A stretch of DNA of 64,000 nt, taken from positions 224,001 to 288,000 of the forward strand of contig CAWDNU010000003.1 of assembly GCA_963803705.1 (NCBI GenBank), written 5' to 3'. The notes under the pieces were generated by a model, which saw only the letters and a program-made list of their open reading frames with translations, ran no database searches and was not told where the DNA came from. The stretch comes from an uncultured Pseudobdellovibrionaceae bacterium. GTDB taxonomy: Bacteria; Bdellovibrionota; Bdellovibrionia; Bdellovibrionales; UBA1609. Positions 30,721 through 41,893 of this stretch are shown here, piece by piece. The number at the start of each line of letters is the position of its first letter. The stretch's first letter is position 1. The position numbers and the translations under genes are program-made.

Positions 30721-32910
30721 ATGTTTAGTGATTCAAGTTCATTTTTCCAGCGCATTTTTGTGATGGTTCTTTCAGTCGGCTTAATGTTTTCAAACAGTGC
30801 GACTGCTAATATAGTAGGAAATCCCTCGCAAAATTTTAACCCAACTTATAGTGGCAAAAACTTTATTTCAGTTCACAGTTCTGAAACCTTAGGTAAAAAT
30901 AGTTTTAACTTAGGTTTGTTCGTGGATTACGCTATGCAAACCTTACCTGTTTACCCAATAGTGGTTGATCCAAATATCGGCGACAAGATTTTTTACTCTC
31001 ACTTGGGATTGGGTTACGGTATAAGTTCGAACTGGGATATCGGGCTTTCTATTCCAACCATTTTAGGGCAGGACGTGAACAACTCACAGCTTCGTGGACA
31101 GTATGCAGACGGTGGACTTTTGGAAATTAGAGCTTTGACTAAATACAGGATATCTACTTTCGAAGAAGGTGGAGGTTTTTCTGTTATTGGTTCGCTTGGT
31201 TTTAATAGAACCGACAACTTGCCCTATCTTGGTAAGGACCCTGGTATGACAGTTAACATAGAGTTGGCCTTGGACAAACAATTTGGAAACTGGTTGTGGG
31301 GTACCAACCTTGGATACAGGATGATTAATTCTGGGGATCAAATTGACGGCTTCACACTTTTTGAGCCTTTTGGAAATACATTTATATTTTCTGTTGCAAG
31401 TAATTACCGAATCAATGAAAGCTGGGCCGCAATTGGTGAGGTCTGGGCTTCAATGCCAGATGTTGATATGGGCGATGTTGATCGAGACAACAATTCTTAT
31501 GAGCTTTTGTTAGGGGGGCGTTATGGTCGAAGCCTTGCAAGCAACGACAACTACAATCTTAATTTCGGTGTCACAAGACAGATCAACAATGGTATTTCGA
31601 CCCCTTCTTTAAGATTTTTTGTAGGTTTAAATTATTCTTTTGGTTCAGGGGATACTATCCCGACAAATTCTAGCTCTGACCCACTAATTGTCAAAAAAAC
31701 TACGTCAAAAATTCAAAGTGTTATCCCAGAAGACGGTGAGGAAGAATCAAATTACAACGAAGGCTTTAGACAGGGATATATGTCAGGCTACGGCACTGGT
31801 CCTTACGCTGGGCTTGGACCGCAGTATGGTGATGGTTTGGATGGAGGTTTAGATTTTCCAGAAGGTTACGAAGATGGATACATTGATGGATCAGGCCCTT
31901 ATCCTGGCGACCCAAATCGTGTCGAATGGGCCAAATGTTACCGCACTGGTTTTCAGGGTAAGCTAGGCAAAGGTCCTGGAGCAGGAAAGACTTCATCATA
32001 TGGATCTAAGCTAGAATTAGGTGAAGACTGTCCCGATGGCTTTGAAACAGGGTGGATGGATGCCCCTGATCAAGGCGAAGATAATAACCCAGACGAAGTG
32101 GCGGAATCCTTTTACAACCCCGGGTATAGAGAGGGTTACAAAGCTGGTTTTGGAATAGGCCCTTACGCAGGACTTGGACCAGAACACGGCCAAACTTTAA
32201 ATGAAGGGTGGGAATACCCAGAAGGATTTTATGATGGTTACATTGATGCTTCTGGTCCATTTCCTGGCGATCCGGATCGTAGAGTTTATGCAAAAGCCTA
32301 CAGGACTGGATTTCAAGGTAAGTTGGGCGTTGGGCCGGGTAAAAATACCAATCAAAAATACGGAGCCAAAATTAATTCAAAAGGCGATTACCCTGAAGGA
32401 TTTGAGCACGGCTGGATTGATGCACCGAATTCAAATGACGAAGTCACGGCGCCGGTAGATGTCACGCTTGAGCCAGAAGATAATGCGAACATTGATTATG
32501 ACTCTGAAATAACGACTCTAGTGATAGACACGGACGAAGATATTTTGGCAAATAGACGGCCAGAGGAAGAAGAACTACTAAGGGTTCGTAATATAACTTT
32601 TAACACAGACTCTGCGGTGATCACTAAGCGTTCAGACCGAGTGTTGCAAAATATTTTGCGATACTTAAAAAAGCATAAGTTCAAATCTTTAGAAATTTGG
32701 GGACACACAGATGCTAGGGGTGCCGCTTTATACAATGAAAAGTTAAGCCTCGCCAGAGCGCAGTCTGTGTATAACTATATGGTAATGTCTGGAATAAAAG
32801 CAGCTAAAATTAAATATGATGGTTGGGGCGAGCGCAAGCCAGTTGCTCCAAATGGATCTGCTGAGGAATTAAGGATGAACCGCAGAGTTGAATTTATTAT
32901 TCGTCGGTAG
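30721..32910 (+). CDS. OmpA-family protein: N-terminal beta-barrel, duplicated Gly/Tyr-rich domain, C-terminal OmpA-like peptidoglycan-binding domain
   Basis: Signal peptide; barrel ending FVGLNYSF; GHTDARG..NEKLSLARA..NRRVEF. Confidence 0.88.
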   Translation: MFSDSSSFFQRIFVMVLSVGLMFSNSATANIVGNPSQNFNPTYSGKNFISVHSSETLGKNSFNLGLFVDYAMQTLPVYPIVVDPNIGDKIFYSHLGLGYGISSNWDIGLSIPTILGQDVNNSQLRGQYADGGLLEIRALTKYRISTFEEGGGFSVIGSLGFNRTDNLPYLGKDPGMTVNIELALDKQFGNWLWGTNLGYRMINSGDQIDGFTLFEPFGNTFIFSVASNYRINESWAAIGEVWASMPDVDMGDVDRDNNSYELLLGGRYGRSLASNDNYNLNFGVTRQINNGISTPSLRFFVGLNYSFGSGDTIPTNSSSDPLIVKKTTSKIQSVIPEDGEEESNYNEGFRQGYMSGYGTGPYAGLGPQYGDGLDGGLDFPEGYEDGYIDGSGPYPGDPNRVEWAKCYRTGFQGKLGKGPGAGKTSSYGSKLELGEDCPDGFETGWMDAPDQGEDNNPDEVAESFYNPGYREGYKAGFGIGPYAGLGPEHGQTLNEGWEYPEGFYDGYIDASGPFPGDPDRRVYAKAYRTGFQGKLGVGPGKNTNQKYGAKINSKGDYPEGFEHGWIDAPNSNDEVTAPVDVTLEPEDNANIDYDSEITTLVIDTDEDILANRRPEEEELLRVRNITFNTDSAVITKRSDRVLQNILRYLKKHKFKSLEIWGHTDARGAALYNEKLSLARAQSVYNYMVMSGIKAAKIKYDGWGERKPVAPNGSAEELRMNRRVEFIIRR

Positions 32911-32929
32911 ACATCTTTTAAATGCTACG

Positions 32930-32960
32930 GGCTCGCTCTTGAACGGAGCGAGTTTTTCTT
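32930..32960 (+). terminator. Intrinsic terminator
   Basis: CTCGCTC-TTGAACG-GAGCGAG followed by TTTTTCTT. Confidence 0.75.
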
Positions 32961-33145
32961 AAAGCCATCTCAATCGATTTTTTAGGTAACATACAAAATA
33001 AAGACTATCTGTCTTTATACTCTTAATAATGACCTCGAAGGGCTGCGTTATAGACGTTGCCTTAGGTGCCTTCATAGGTATAACCGAGTTAACGTTAACA
33101 AATAAATTAAGATTTCTTAAGTTAAGATTTTTATCAAGGACAATT

Positions 33146-33577
33146 ATGGCTTCAGCGAAAAAAACAGAAATTTTTAATTTTTCAACTCAGCAAATTTACG
33201 ATGTCATCACAGACTTCGATGCCTATTCTGAATTTTTACCTGAGGTGAAAGCTTCAAAAGTCATAAAAGATAATGGATCAACAAAAGTTGTTGAAATGTC
33301 CGTATCTATGATCAAAGATTTTACTTACACTATTCTGGTGACATTAGAAGAAGGTAAGGGACTGTCATGGGTTTTAAACGATGGTGACGTTTTTAAAACT
33401 AATATTGGTTCATGGACATTGAATAAAATTTCTGACAATCAGACTGAGGTGACCTACGAAGTAGGTGCAACCTTTAAAATTTTCGTGCCCTCAATGATCT
33501 CTAAAAAAATGATTGAAGTTAGCTTGCCAAAAATGTTGCAGTCTTACAAAGATCGAATTAAAAAATTGAATTCATAA
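33146..33577 (+). CDS. SRPBCC/START (RatA/Coq10-like) protein
   Basis: IYDVITDFDAYSEFLP, GSWTL, TEVTY; start at the ATG at 33146 behind AAGGA. Confidence 0.85.
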   Translation: MASAKKTEIFNFSTQQIYDVITDFDAYSEFLPEVKASKVIKDNGSTKVVEMSVSMIKDFTYTILVTLEEGKGLSWVLNDGDVFKTNIGSWTLNKISDNQTEVTYEVGATFKIFVPSMISKKMIEVSLPKMLQSYKDRIKKLNS

Positions 33578-33582
33578 AAAAA

Positions 33583-34518
33583 ATGGTACTTAGTCCCTTC
33601 GAGCACAAGTTCATCCGAAGTCACCAACATCACCTTGCGGGGTTTAGACAGTTTTTTTTAGCTGTTTCAGGTGGTTTAGATTCGATGGTTTTACTTCACC
33701 TTTTCCAAAAATTTAAAAGCCAGATGAAATCACAGTTCAGAGTGTGCACTGTTCATCATGGGCTAAGTGTTCGCGAAGAAATATCCATCTACCGGAATGC
33801 AAGCTTAAAAATAGTTCGAAATTATTGTAATTTAAACGATATTGAATTTCTGACGAACGAAATCCAACAAGCCGAAGAGATTAAAAGTGAACAGCAACTA
33901 AGAAATTATCGTTATAGCTGTTTTAAAGCTTTAAAACGTGATTCTGAAATATTGGTTTTAGGACATCATTTAGATGATCTGTTAGAAACTCAACTCATGG
34001 ATTTAATACGTGGTTCTCATTTCGCGTCTTGGTCCAATTTTACAGAGTATCACAATGAAGTTTTCAGACCGCTGGCGCTTGTTCCCAAAGAGAACATCTT
34101 GCAATACGCCAAAGAGCAAAATTTAAAATGGGTTAATGATCCAACAAACCAAGATACAGAGACTTTAAGAAATTGGCTTAGAAATGACTTTTTAAGCCCA
34201 CTTTCGAAGCAGTCCAAGTCATTCAAAGAGAACTTAATGAAAAACCTGATGAAGCTATATGAATTTAGTCCCATTTTAGAACCAGGACCGGAGCTTAGTG
34301 TGGCTTTAGCGCAATGGTTAAAAATGACTGAGACACAAAAAAAGCAATTCGTTTTAAAGTCCTCACAGAAGTTAGGTTTAAAGTCTATGACTCAGGGACA
34401 AATTTTAGATATTCTAAAGAAACTTGACCTTGGTCAAAAAGAGATCAAATTTCAAACTGGTCCCTTATTTTGGAGCAAAACAACCGATAGGTTACAGGTA
34501 TACAGGGAGAATTTATGA
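33583..34518 (+). CDS. tilS: tRNA(Ile)-lysidine synthetase
   Basis: [13 protein letters not shown]-loop, [26 protein letters not shown]; upstream of ftsH. Confidence 0.93.
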   Translation: MVLSPFEHKFIRSHQHHLAGFRQFFLAVSGGLDSMVLLHLFQKFKSQMKSQFRVCTVHHGLSVREEISIYRNASLKIVRNYCNLNDIEFLTNEIQQAEEIKSEQQLRNYRYSCFKALKRDSEILVLGHHLDDLLETQLMDLIRGSHFASWSNFTEYHNEVFRPLALVPKENILQYAKEQNLKWVNDPTNQDTETLRNWLRNDFLSPLSKQSKSFKENLMKNLMKLYEFSPILEPGPELSVALAQWLKMTETQKKQFVLKSSQKLGLKSMTQGQILDILKKLDLGQKEIKFQTGPLFWSKTTDRLQVYRENL

Positions 34519-36515
34519 AGAGTAGAGTTCCAAAGGGTGCACAAAAAACTTTTGGTGTTTGGATACTGTTATTCATAATGGTTGTGTTTTTTGTACAGCA
34601 AGCATCAATGAAGAAGAGCGAAGTCATGAAGGACTTCGCGTATCCAAGTTTTGTAGACGCTTTAGAGAAAAAACATATTGAGGAGATCACTTTTTACACT
34701 AAATCTCAAGAGATTGAAGGGGTAATCAAAGAAGAGTTCAAAGCTGAATACAAAGAAAAATTTGGTGGCACAAAGTTTAAAATACCTGGAAATATTGATA
34801 ATTCGGGATACGACACTGTTAAAGACAATGGGATTATTCCTAAGTATAACAACGAAGATAGGTCTATATTCGTGTCTGTCCTGCTTAATTTGTTGCCCCT
34901 TATTTTAATTTTAGGTTTATTTATCTTCTTTATGAGACAGCTTCAGGCTGGGGGCGGAAAGGCTTTTAATTTTGGTAAGAGTAAAGCCAAGCTACTTAAC
35001 GAATCCAAGAAGAAGGTAACTTTTAAAGATGTTGCAGGTGTTGATGAAGCAAAAGACGAATTAGTTGAAATTGTAGAGTTCTTAAAAGAACCAAAAAGAT
35101 TTACTAAGCTTGGCGGACGAATTCCTAAGGGAGTTCTGTTGGTCGGTCCTCCTGGCACCGGTAAGACACTTTTAGCAAGGGCTGTTGCGGGTGAAGCTGG
35201 TGTTCCTTTCTTTTCGATTTCTGGTTCAGATTTTGTCGAAATGTTTGTAGGTGTAGGGGCTTCACGAGTAAGAGACATGTTTGAACAGGGACGCAGAAAT
35301 GCACCTTGCATTATTTTTATTGACGAGATTGATGCTGTTGGAAGACATCGCGGTGCTGGAATGGGTGGCGGTCACGATGAGCGTGAGCAAACTCTAAATC
35401 AGCTTTTAGTTGAAATGGATGGTTTTGAAGGCACTGAGGGTGTAATCATTGTTGCAGCTACAAACCGTGCTGACGTCTTAGATCCTGCCTTATTAAGACC
35501 GGGTCGTTTTGACCGCAGAGTGATGGTTGGAAAACCCGATTTAAATGGTCGTAAACATATTTTACAAGTGCATGTTAGAAAGGTTCCTTTATCTACGGAA
35601 GTTAAGATTGAGACCATTGCGAAGGGGACACCGGGTTTATCTGGTGCGGACCTTGAAAACTTAGTGAATGAAGCAGCTCTAGTCGCAGCACGAAAAAGAA
35701 AAAAGATGATTGATATGGATGACTTCGAAGAAGCCAGAGACAAAGTGCTAATGGGTCCAGAGCGAAAAAGCATGAAGATCTCGGATGAGGATCGTTTATT
35801 AACTGCTTACCACGAAGCAGGTCATACTATTGTAAACAGGTCTTTAAAGGGTTTAGACCCAATACATAAGGTCACCATTATGCCCAGAGGGGGAGCCCTT
35901 GGTATCACCCAGACTTTACCTGAAAAAGACGCGTTAAGTTTTACCAAAAGCAAAGCTAAAAATATGATTGCATTCTTATTTGGTGGGCGCGCTGCTGAAG
36001 AGATAGTTTTCGAAGACATCACTACAGGTGCTAGTAATGATATCGAGCGTGCAACTGACATCGCGACTAAGATGGTAACCGAGTGGGGAATGAGTCCAAA
36101 AATAGGACCTCTTTCTTACAGCACTTCTGACAGTCCTATTTTTGTGGGAATGCAAGCCGGTGGCCAAGGTGGCCGTGATGTTTCAGATGCTAAGTCCCAA
36201 GAGATAGACTCTGAAATCAGTCGAATTATAGATGAAGGTTATAAAGCTGCGGTTCGGATCTTAACCGAGAAGCGTGATGCTTTGGAATCTTTGACTAAAG
36301 GTTTGATGGAATTTGAAACAGTCGACGGTATCGAAGTGGATATGTTTATTAAAGGCGCAAGCGTAGAAGAAGTTCGCCAAAAGCGTGCTGATAGAACTGC
36401 CGAAATAAAAAAAGAAAGTGATTTGATAAAAGAAAAAGAAGTGGTCAAAGAATCTAAAAAGTCTGATGAGCCAGATGGGTTGGGTGATCCCAATCCTATG
36501 GGGAGCCCAGCATAG
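34515..36515 (+). CDS. ftsH: ATP-dependent zinc metalloprotease FtsH
   Basis: Two TMs, [27 protein letters not shown]. Confidence 0.98.
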   Translation: MKSRVPKGAQKTFGVWILLFIMVVFFVQQASMKKSEVMKDFAYPSFVDALEKKHIEEITFYTKSQEIEGVIKEEFKAEYKEKFGGTKFKIPGNIDNSGYDTVKDNGIIPKYNNEDRSIFVSVLLNLLPLILILGLFIFFMRQLQAGGGKAFNFGKSKAKLLNESKKKVTFKDVAGVDEAKDELVEIVEFLKEPKRFTKLGGRIPKGVLLVGPPGTGKTLLARAVAGEAGVPFFSISGSDFVEMFVGVGASRVRDMFEQGRRNAPCIIFIDEIDAVGRHRGAGMGGGHDEREQTLNQLLVEMDGFEGTEGVIIVAATNRADVLDPALLRPGRFDRRVMVGKPDLNGRKHILQVHVRKVPLSTEVKIETIAKGTPGLSGADLENLVNEAALVAARKRKKMIDMDDFEEARDKVLMGPERKSMKISDEDRLLTAYHEAGHTIVNRSLKGLDPIHKVTIMPRGGALGITQTLPEKDALSFTKSKAKNMIAFLFGGRAAEEIVFEDITTGASNDIERATDIATKMVTEWGMSPKIGPLSYSTSDSPIFVGMQAGGQGGRDVSDAKSQEIDSEISRIIDEGYKAAVRILTEKRDALESLTKGLMEFETVDGIEVDMFIKGASVEEVRQKRADRTAEIKKESDLIKEKEVVKESKKSDEPDGLGDPNPMGSPA

Positions 36516-36563
36516 TGTCGCCCCAAACTAGTGTACACTACTGCGCTTTAAACAGGTGTTAGT

Positions 36564-37349
36564 TTGGGATTTATTGTAGAGTACTTCGTAGCTTTAAAAT
36601 CTCAGATTCACATCAAAGATTTTTTTGATTTAATGATTCTTTGGGTTATGGTTTATAGAATCATGATCTTGACTGAGAAGTCAGGAATTTCAAAAATTTT
36701 AGCCGGAGTTATTTTTTTAGCTCTACTTTATATTTTTAGTTTTCAATTGAGACTGATGTCGGTCCACTTCATTTTAGAAAACTTTTTTAATAATTTATTT
36801 CTAATACTTGTTATTTTATTTCAAAATGAAATACGTAGGGTCCTAATCGAAATTGGCTCACCGATTTTTTCAACTACAATTTCTAGAGAAGAAGAAAACA
36901 GAATTGTTGACGAAGTTTCCAAAGCACTAAAAGAGCTACAGCGAAAAAACTGGGGTGCGATTATCGTTGTGGAAAAGGATATGAATGTTGATGCCTTTGT
37001 TGAAGAGGGCACAATTCTTAATTCTGACATCTCGTCAGAGCTTTTACTAAGTATTTGCGAGCCCACCAGCCCCATTCACGATGGAGCCATTTTAATCAGA
37101 GGCGGTAAATTAGAGTCAGCTGGTAATTTTTTGCCACTTAGCAAAAATCCAGTGTTAGATAAAAATTTGGGAACACGCCACAGAGCAGCCTTGGGCCTTT
37201 CTGAACTAGTTGATGCCAGAATATTTATCGTCAGCGAAGAAAGACGTAGTATTGGGCTTGTTGAATCTGGCACATTAAAAGTTGTAGATAGCTCAGCAAA
37301 TATAAGGCAAGTATTAGTTGAATTTTTAGGTTTTGGAGAAGACTCATGA
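36564..37349 (+). CDS. cdaA: Diadenylate cyclase CdaA
   Basis: Three N-terminal TMs, FQNEIRR, HDGA and GTRHRAALG motifs, VSEE. Confidence 0.93.
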   Translation: MGFIVEYFVALKSQIHIKDFFDLMILWVMVYRIMILTEKSGISKILAGVIFLALLYIFSFQLRLMSVHFILENFFNNLFLILVILFQNEIRRVLIEIGSPIFSTTISREEENRIVDEVSKALKELQRKNWGAIIVVEKDMNVDAFVEEGTILNSDISSELLLSICEPTSPIHDGAILIRGGKLESAGNFLPLSKNPVLDKNLGTRHRAALGLSELVDARIFIVSEERRSIGLVESGTLKVVDSSANIRQVLVEFLGFGEDS

Positions 37350-37786
37350 GCCCTACAAAAAAATCTTTAAACAACTTTTCATTTTCTGAAAAAGTAAAAA
37401 TTTTCTTTAGAAATTTAGTCTCTATTCACCCAAAACAGAAGTGGTTTGCCCTAATTGTGGCCTTGTTTGTTTGGGGATTCGTTTTAGGTCAAAAAGACAC
37501 TGTTATGGAAAAAGAAGTTTCATTACAATATCAGTTGAAATCAAATGTTGAAATGTTGGATTCAGTAAAAAAAGTAAAAGTGAAACTTCAGGGGCCCTCT
37601 TTAAGCCTTAGAAAGTTTGGTGATTTGCCCAGTAGCTTGCTAATTGATATTTCCGAATACCCAGTAGGTGGACTTTATTCTGTTAAGCTTTCCAAGGATG
37701 GTTTAAACAATATCCCTTTAGGTGTAAAGGTGTTAGGAATTACTCCTAATAGAGTGCCAATTGTCCTAAGGGCAAAGCCACAGTAA
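37346..37786 (+). CDS. cdaR: CdaR/YbbR-like protein (single YbbR domain)
   Basis: TM followed by VKVKLQGP..PLGVKVLGITP; lies between cdaA and glmM. Confidence 0.75.
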   Translation: MSPTKKSLNNFSFSEKVKIFFRNLVSIHPKQKWFALIVALFVWGFVLGQKDTVMEKEVSLQYQLKSNVEMLDSVKKVKVKLQGPSLSLRKFGDLPSSLLIDISEYPVGGLYSVKLSKDGLNNIPLGVKVLGITPNRVPIVLRAKPQ

Positions 37787-37857
37787 AATTTGTATTTAAA
37801 ATAACAAGAAAAAATAGATCATAATTTTGAATTGTATAGTTATAAAGGTGACAAGAT

Positions 37858-39291
37858 ATGAGCCAGACAAAATCAACACCAAACTCAAAGAGCACTTCCA
37901 CAAATTTAAAGTTCTCAAGCACTAATAGCAGCGTTAGTTCCAAAAGACTTTTCGGCACCGACGGAGTCAGGGGAACAGCCGGGCTATTTCCGATGACGCC
38001 AGATATTGTTTTAAAGCTAGGGCAGGCACTAGGTTATGTCTTAAGAAAAAATGAAGAGATGCCTAAAGTGGTAATTGGGAAAGACACAAGACTTTCAGGT
38101 TATATGGTTGAGCAGTGTTTAGCTGCAGGCTTAAACTCGATGGGTGTTCATGTGCAGTTAGTTGGTCCCTTGCCAACTCCAGGTATTGGATTTCTTGCTA
38201 CCAATATGCGAGCTGACGCTGGTATTGTTATTTCGGCTAGCCACAACCCATATCATGATAATGGTATAAAAATTTTTGGATCGGATGGTTACAAAATATC
38301 TGACGATATGGAATTAGAAATCGAGGCCTTGGTATTAGACCAAGATATGACACCACTTTTAAAGTCCCATGACCAGATTGGCCGCACCAAAAGAATAGAT
38401 GATGCTCTAGGTAGGTATTTAGTTTTTGTTAAGAACACATTTCCGCTGAATTTGGATTTGGTAGGCCTAAGAATTGTTTTAGACTGTGCGAACGGAGCCG
38501 CATACAAAGTAGCGCCATTGGTGTTTGAAGAGCTTGGTGCAGAGGTAATACTATTAGGCAATAAGCCCGACGGTTTTAACGTTAATAAAAAATCTGGGGC
38601 ATTATTTCCAGAGTACGTTAGTGAAGCTGTAAAAAAGTACCGAGCTGATATTGGTATTTGTTTAGATGGTGATGCTGATAGGGTTATTATTAGTGACGAA
38701 AGAGGCAATGTAGTAAATGGCGACCGCATGCTTGCCATATGCGCATTGCAATTAAAAGAAGAGGGGCTACTAAAACATAATACAGTAGTAGCAACTCACA
38801 TGAGTAATATTGGTTTAGACCACTTTTTAAACAAGCATGATATCAAAGTTTTAAGAGTAGGTGTGGGTGATAAGTACGTGATGGAGGCTATGCGGGCCAA
38901 AGGTTATAATTTGGGCGGGGAACAATCGGGTCATATTATTTTTCTAGATTATTCCACTACGGGTGACGGGTTAATTGCTGCTTTAAAACTTCTAGAAGTT
39001 TCGTTGAAAAAAGGCAAGAAAGTCAGTCAACTAAGAGACTCAATGGTTGATAGCCCACAAGTTTTAAAAAACTTAAGGATTAGCCACAGAGTCCCCTTTG
39101 AGCAAATCCCAGGCTACTTCGAAATGGTTTCAAAGGTTGAAAAAAAGATTGGTGACTCTGGTCGGATTTTTGTAAGGTACTCTGGAACTGAACCTTTGAT
39201 ACGTGTTTTGGTCGAAGCCCAGGATCCAGGTCTTGCAGAATCCTCGGCAAACACGATGATAAATTGGTTTAAGAAAAATTTAGAAATTTAG
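37858..39291 (+). CDS. glmM: Phosphoglucosamine mutase
   Basis: LFGTDGVRG, GKDTRLSGY, ISASHNP, DGDADR, GGEQSGH. Confidence 0.96.
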   Translation: MSQTKSTPNSKSTSTNLKFSSTNSSVSSKRLFGTDGVRGTAGLFPMTPDIVLKLGQALGYVLRKNEEMPKVVIGKDTRLSGYMVEQCLAAGLNSMGVHVQLVGPLPTPGIGFLATNMRADAGIVISASHNPYHDNGIKIFGSDGYKISDDMELEIEALVLDQDMTPLLKSHDQIGRTKRIDDALGRYLVFVKNTFPLNLDLVGLRIVLDCANGAAYKVAPLVFEELGAEVILLGNKPDGFNVNKKSGALFPEYVSEAVKKYRADIGICLDGDADRVIISDERGNVVNGDRMLAICALQLKEEGLLKHNTVVATHMSNIGLDHFLNKHDIKVLRVGVGDKYVMEAMRAKGYNLGGEQSGHIIFLDYSTTGDGLIAALKLLEVSLKKGKKVSQLRDSMVDSPQVLKNLRISHRVPFEQIPGYFEMVSKVEKKIGDSGRIFVRYSGTEPLIRVLVEAQDPGLAESSANTMINWFKKNLEI

Positions 39292-39543
39292 AAATTTTTT
39301 TTTGAGTGATGTAGACTCCGTTGATAGCTACAACACCTCGATCGCTTAAGTATCGAAAATATGTTCAAACTTCGTAAATACTGCCGTAACAATTTGAATC
39401 GTTAAAATCTTTTAACTGATTTTAAAAGCTAAAAACAGTTATTTGTCTCAAATCAAAGCACCTATCAGAAATTTATTTAGATAAAGGTCTTACCAGTCCG
39501 ATAATATAAAGTTGATTGTCTAGCACGTAAAGAAGGGTAAATT

Positions 39544-41040
39544 ATGAAACTTTTGAATAACTTTATCGGAAAAAAATTAGCTTTAACACTTATTCTATTT
39601 TCGACATGGGGTTGTGGTGGCGCAGGGGGATCTATTTCAGTGTTTCCTTCAACTGATACATTTAAACAAAGCACTAATGCTGATGTGAAAATCGATGTTT
39701 TGTTTGTCGTTGATGATTCCGGATCTATGAAGCCAGAACAACAGGATTTATTTAATAACTTTAATCAATTTATCGATTTCTTCTACGACAGAGGTTTCGA
39801 CTTTAGAGTGGCCGTAGCTAAAACTTCAGCTTTTGGCACCACAGTTAACTGTAAAAGAAAACCTGATGCTCCATCTAACCCCAATCAAAATCGTACCTGC
39901 CAAAATTCAACAACGGGTTCGGATCCTTACTACAAAAAAGTTGGTGGAAACTTTGTAGCAGGTGACTACATCGCTAGGGAAAACGGATTAACACCAAAAG
40001 AGTTTCGTTGCGGCAATGGTAACAACTGTGGCCTTAATGATGAGTACCAGGTATCAACTGATATTCCTGACACTGAAGACGGTGAAACTATACCAGGGCC
40101 ACTTACCACAACAATAGGTAATGGGACCCCTGCCCCGGGAACAGATCATATTTTGTCTTCTCAAAACTTGTCTAAAAGTCAGATGATTGCAAAATTCAAA
40201 AAAAACATACTGGTTGGCCTAGCCGGTACTGGTGATGAAAGAGCGCTTGAGTCTGCAGAAACGGTCCTCCGTAATATGAAGCAGTTTTATCCTAACCCTA
40301 ATGACCAGTTTCCAAGACCTAATTCTCACTTAGCGATTATACATGTGGGCGATGAAAACGATGGACCAATACCTAACGACTTAACACAAAATTCAACTGG
40401 AACGGGGCTGTCCGGTTCAAATTCAGGTTCAGGTTCAGGTTCGCTTAGAAGCACAAATATTAATAGTGGTTCTATTTGGCCAGGATATAATTCAATAACT
40501 TTAGTAGCTAATAGCAACAAGTCCATTGATGCTCATCTGAATTCTGTCGAAAGTTATTTAGCGGCTTTAGAAGATCACGACAGTTCAACAACAGTTTCAG
40601 TACACGCGATCGAAGATTTACCTAATTCTAGCAATGTTCCATTTTTCTTAAGCCCAGGAACCTCTGATTCTACAGGTAACGGGTCGTTCGGTTTAGTCGG
40701 ATATTTTCAATCCTATATGGCGCAGCTCAGTGGTGGCTTAGTTTTTAGTAAGGACTCTAATTTTGGACCTTCACTTTCAGCAATTGGCGACACGATTTCA
40801 TCACTGGCAAGCTTCTTTACACTAAGTGTTCGGTTGGACTCATTTGCACAAACCAATTTACAAGTTTTTGTAGAAGGTTTGAACGGAAACAATGCGATCC
40901 CAAATAGTGCTCTTGACGGTTATCAGTACGAAGTTGATACGAACCGGATTCGTTTTTACGGCAGTATGATTCCAGCTCAGGGAGCTAAAATTGGTCTTAT
41001 TTACACCTGTGCAACCTTATCTTGCCCTGCCTTCCCGTAA
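39544..41040 (+). CDS. vWA-domain lipoprotein (CglB-like)
   Basis: Lipobox TWG-C, IDVLFVVDDSGSM MIDAS motif, GDERAL, IIHVGDEND. Confidence 0.75.
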   Translation: MKLLNNFIGKKLALTLILFSTWGCGGAGGSISVFPSTDTFKQSTNADVKIDVLFVVDDSGSMKPEQQDLFNNFNQFIDFFYDRGFDFRVAVAKTSAFGTTVNCKRKPDAPSNPNQNRTCQNSTTGSDPYYKKVGGNFVAGDYIARENGLTPKEFRCGNGNNCGLNDEYQVSTDIPDTEDGETIPGPLTTTIGNGTPAPGTDHILSSQNLSKSQMIAKFKKNILVGLAGTGDERALESAETVLRNMKQFYPNPNDQFPRPNSHLAIIHVGDENDGPIPNDLTQNSTGTGLSGSNSGSGSGSLRSTNINSGSIWPGYNSITLVANSNKSIDAHLNSVESYLAALEDHDSSTTVSVHAIEDLPNSSNVPFFLSPGTSDSTGNGSFGLVGYFQSYMAQLSGGLVFSKDSNFGPSLSAIGDTISSLASFFTLSVRLDSFAQTNLQVFVEGLNGNNAIPNSALDGYQYEVDTNRIRFYGSMIPAQGAKIGLIYTCATLSCPAFP

Positions 41041-41106
41041 GCCAAAAGAAAGGGGCACCAAAGTGGTCAGGGAAATCACCATCATCAGATTGTCGATTTG
41101 GGATTT

Positions 41107-41161
41107 GGTGCCAGGTTCTGGATGCTTGTCACACCGCAGCCAGCATTCGGAACCTGGCACC
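41107..41161. repeat. REPIN-like inverted pair of the GGTGCCAGGTTC motif
   Basis: GGTGCCAGGTTCTGGATGCT...AGCATTCGGAACCTGGCACC followed by a T-tract; same family as 20215-20313. Confidence 0.85.
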
Positions 41162-41205
41162 TTTTTCTTTTTCCTTTTTTTTTACCTTTTGTAGTATCTT
41201 AGTGT

Positions 41206-41628
41206 ATGGATTCTATTACTTCGACAGAACAAAATCTTAAAAATAGTCTGGTCTCAATTTTCAACGGCTTTAAAGCTGGTGACATCGTTTTGCTATATGG
41301 CCCGGTAGGTTCGGGCAAAACTACTTTGGTTAGAAACTACGTTGAACTTAACTCCTCAGCAGAGGCCAACTCACCTAGTTATAATTTGATCCAAGAGTAT
41401 CAGCTTACAGACTTTAAAATTATGCACGTAGATTTATATCGTATTGAAGACGAGCTTGACCTTGAGTCCACCGGATTTTGGGAAATTCTACATCAACCAA
41501 ATTGCTTAATATTTATTGAGTGGCCTGAAAAACTAAGTATCAGTAATTTGCCTAAGAACCGTCTGAAAAAAATTGAAATAACATCTTTAGAAGGTATAGA
41601 AAACTACAGGCAATATACCTTTTCATAA
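41206..41628 (+). CDS. tsaE: tRNA threonylcarbamoyladenosine biosynthesis ATPase TsaE
   Basis: GPVGSGKTT, SPSYNL, HVDLYR, IEWPE. Confidence 0.93.
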   Translation: MDSITSTEQNLKNSLVSIFNGFKAGDIVLLYGPVGSGKTTLVRNYVELNSSAEANSPSYNLIQEYQLTDFKIMHVDLYRIEDELDLESTGFWEILHQPNCLIFIEWPEKLSISNLPKNRLKKIEITSLEGIENYRQYTFS

Positions 41629-41893
41629 ATAAGATTACTGTTTATAACTAAGCCGGTGCTTAGTGAAAAGGGGATTTTTTGGTTTATTTAATAATACTTT
41701 TTTTGCTCCCCTAGAGCGTTTTTTCAAAGTCTGCTTCAGCAGAAATCTTGTTAAATCATATTCATATCTTAGACTCGCGAGTAGTCGCATTTAAGTATTT
41801 AGCCGCTAAAGCGGGTAGGCCTGTAGGGATTGCAATAACTATCTGTAGCGGTTGCCACTGCTGCGGCAATAATTGATTTTATGAGTTCTGACG

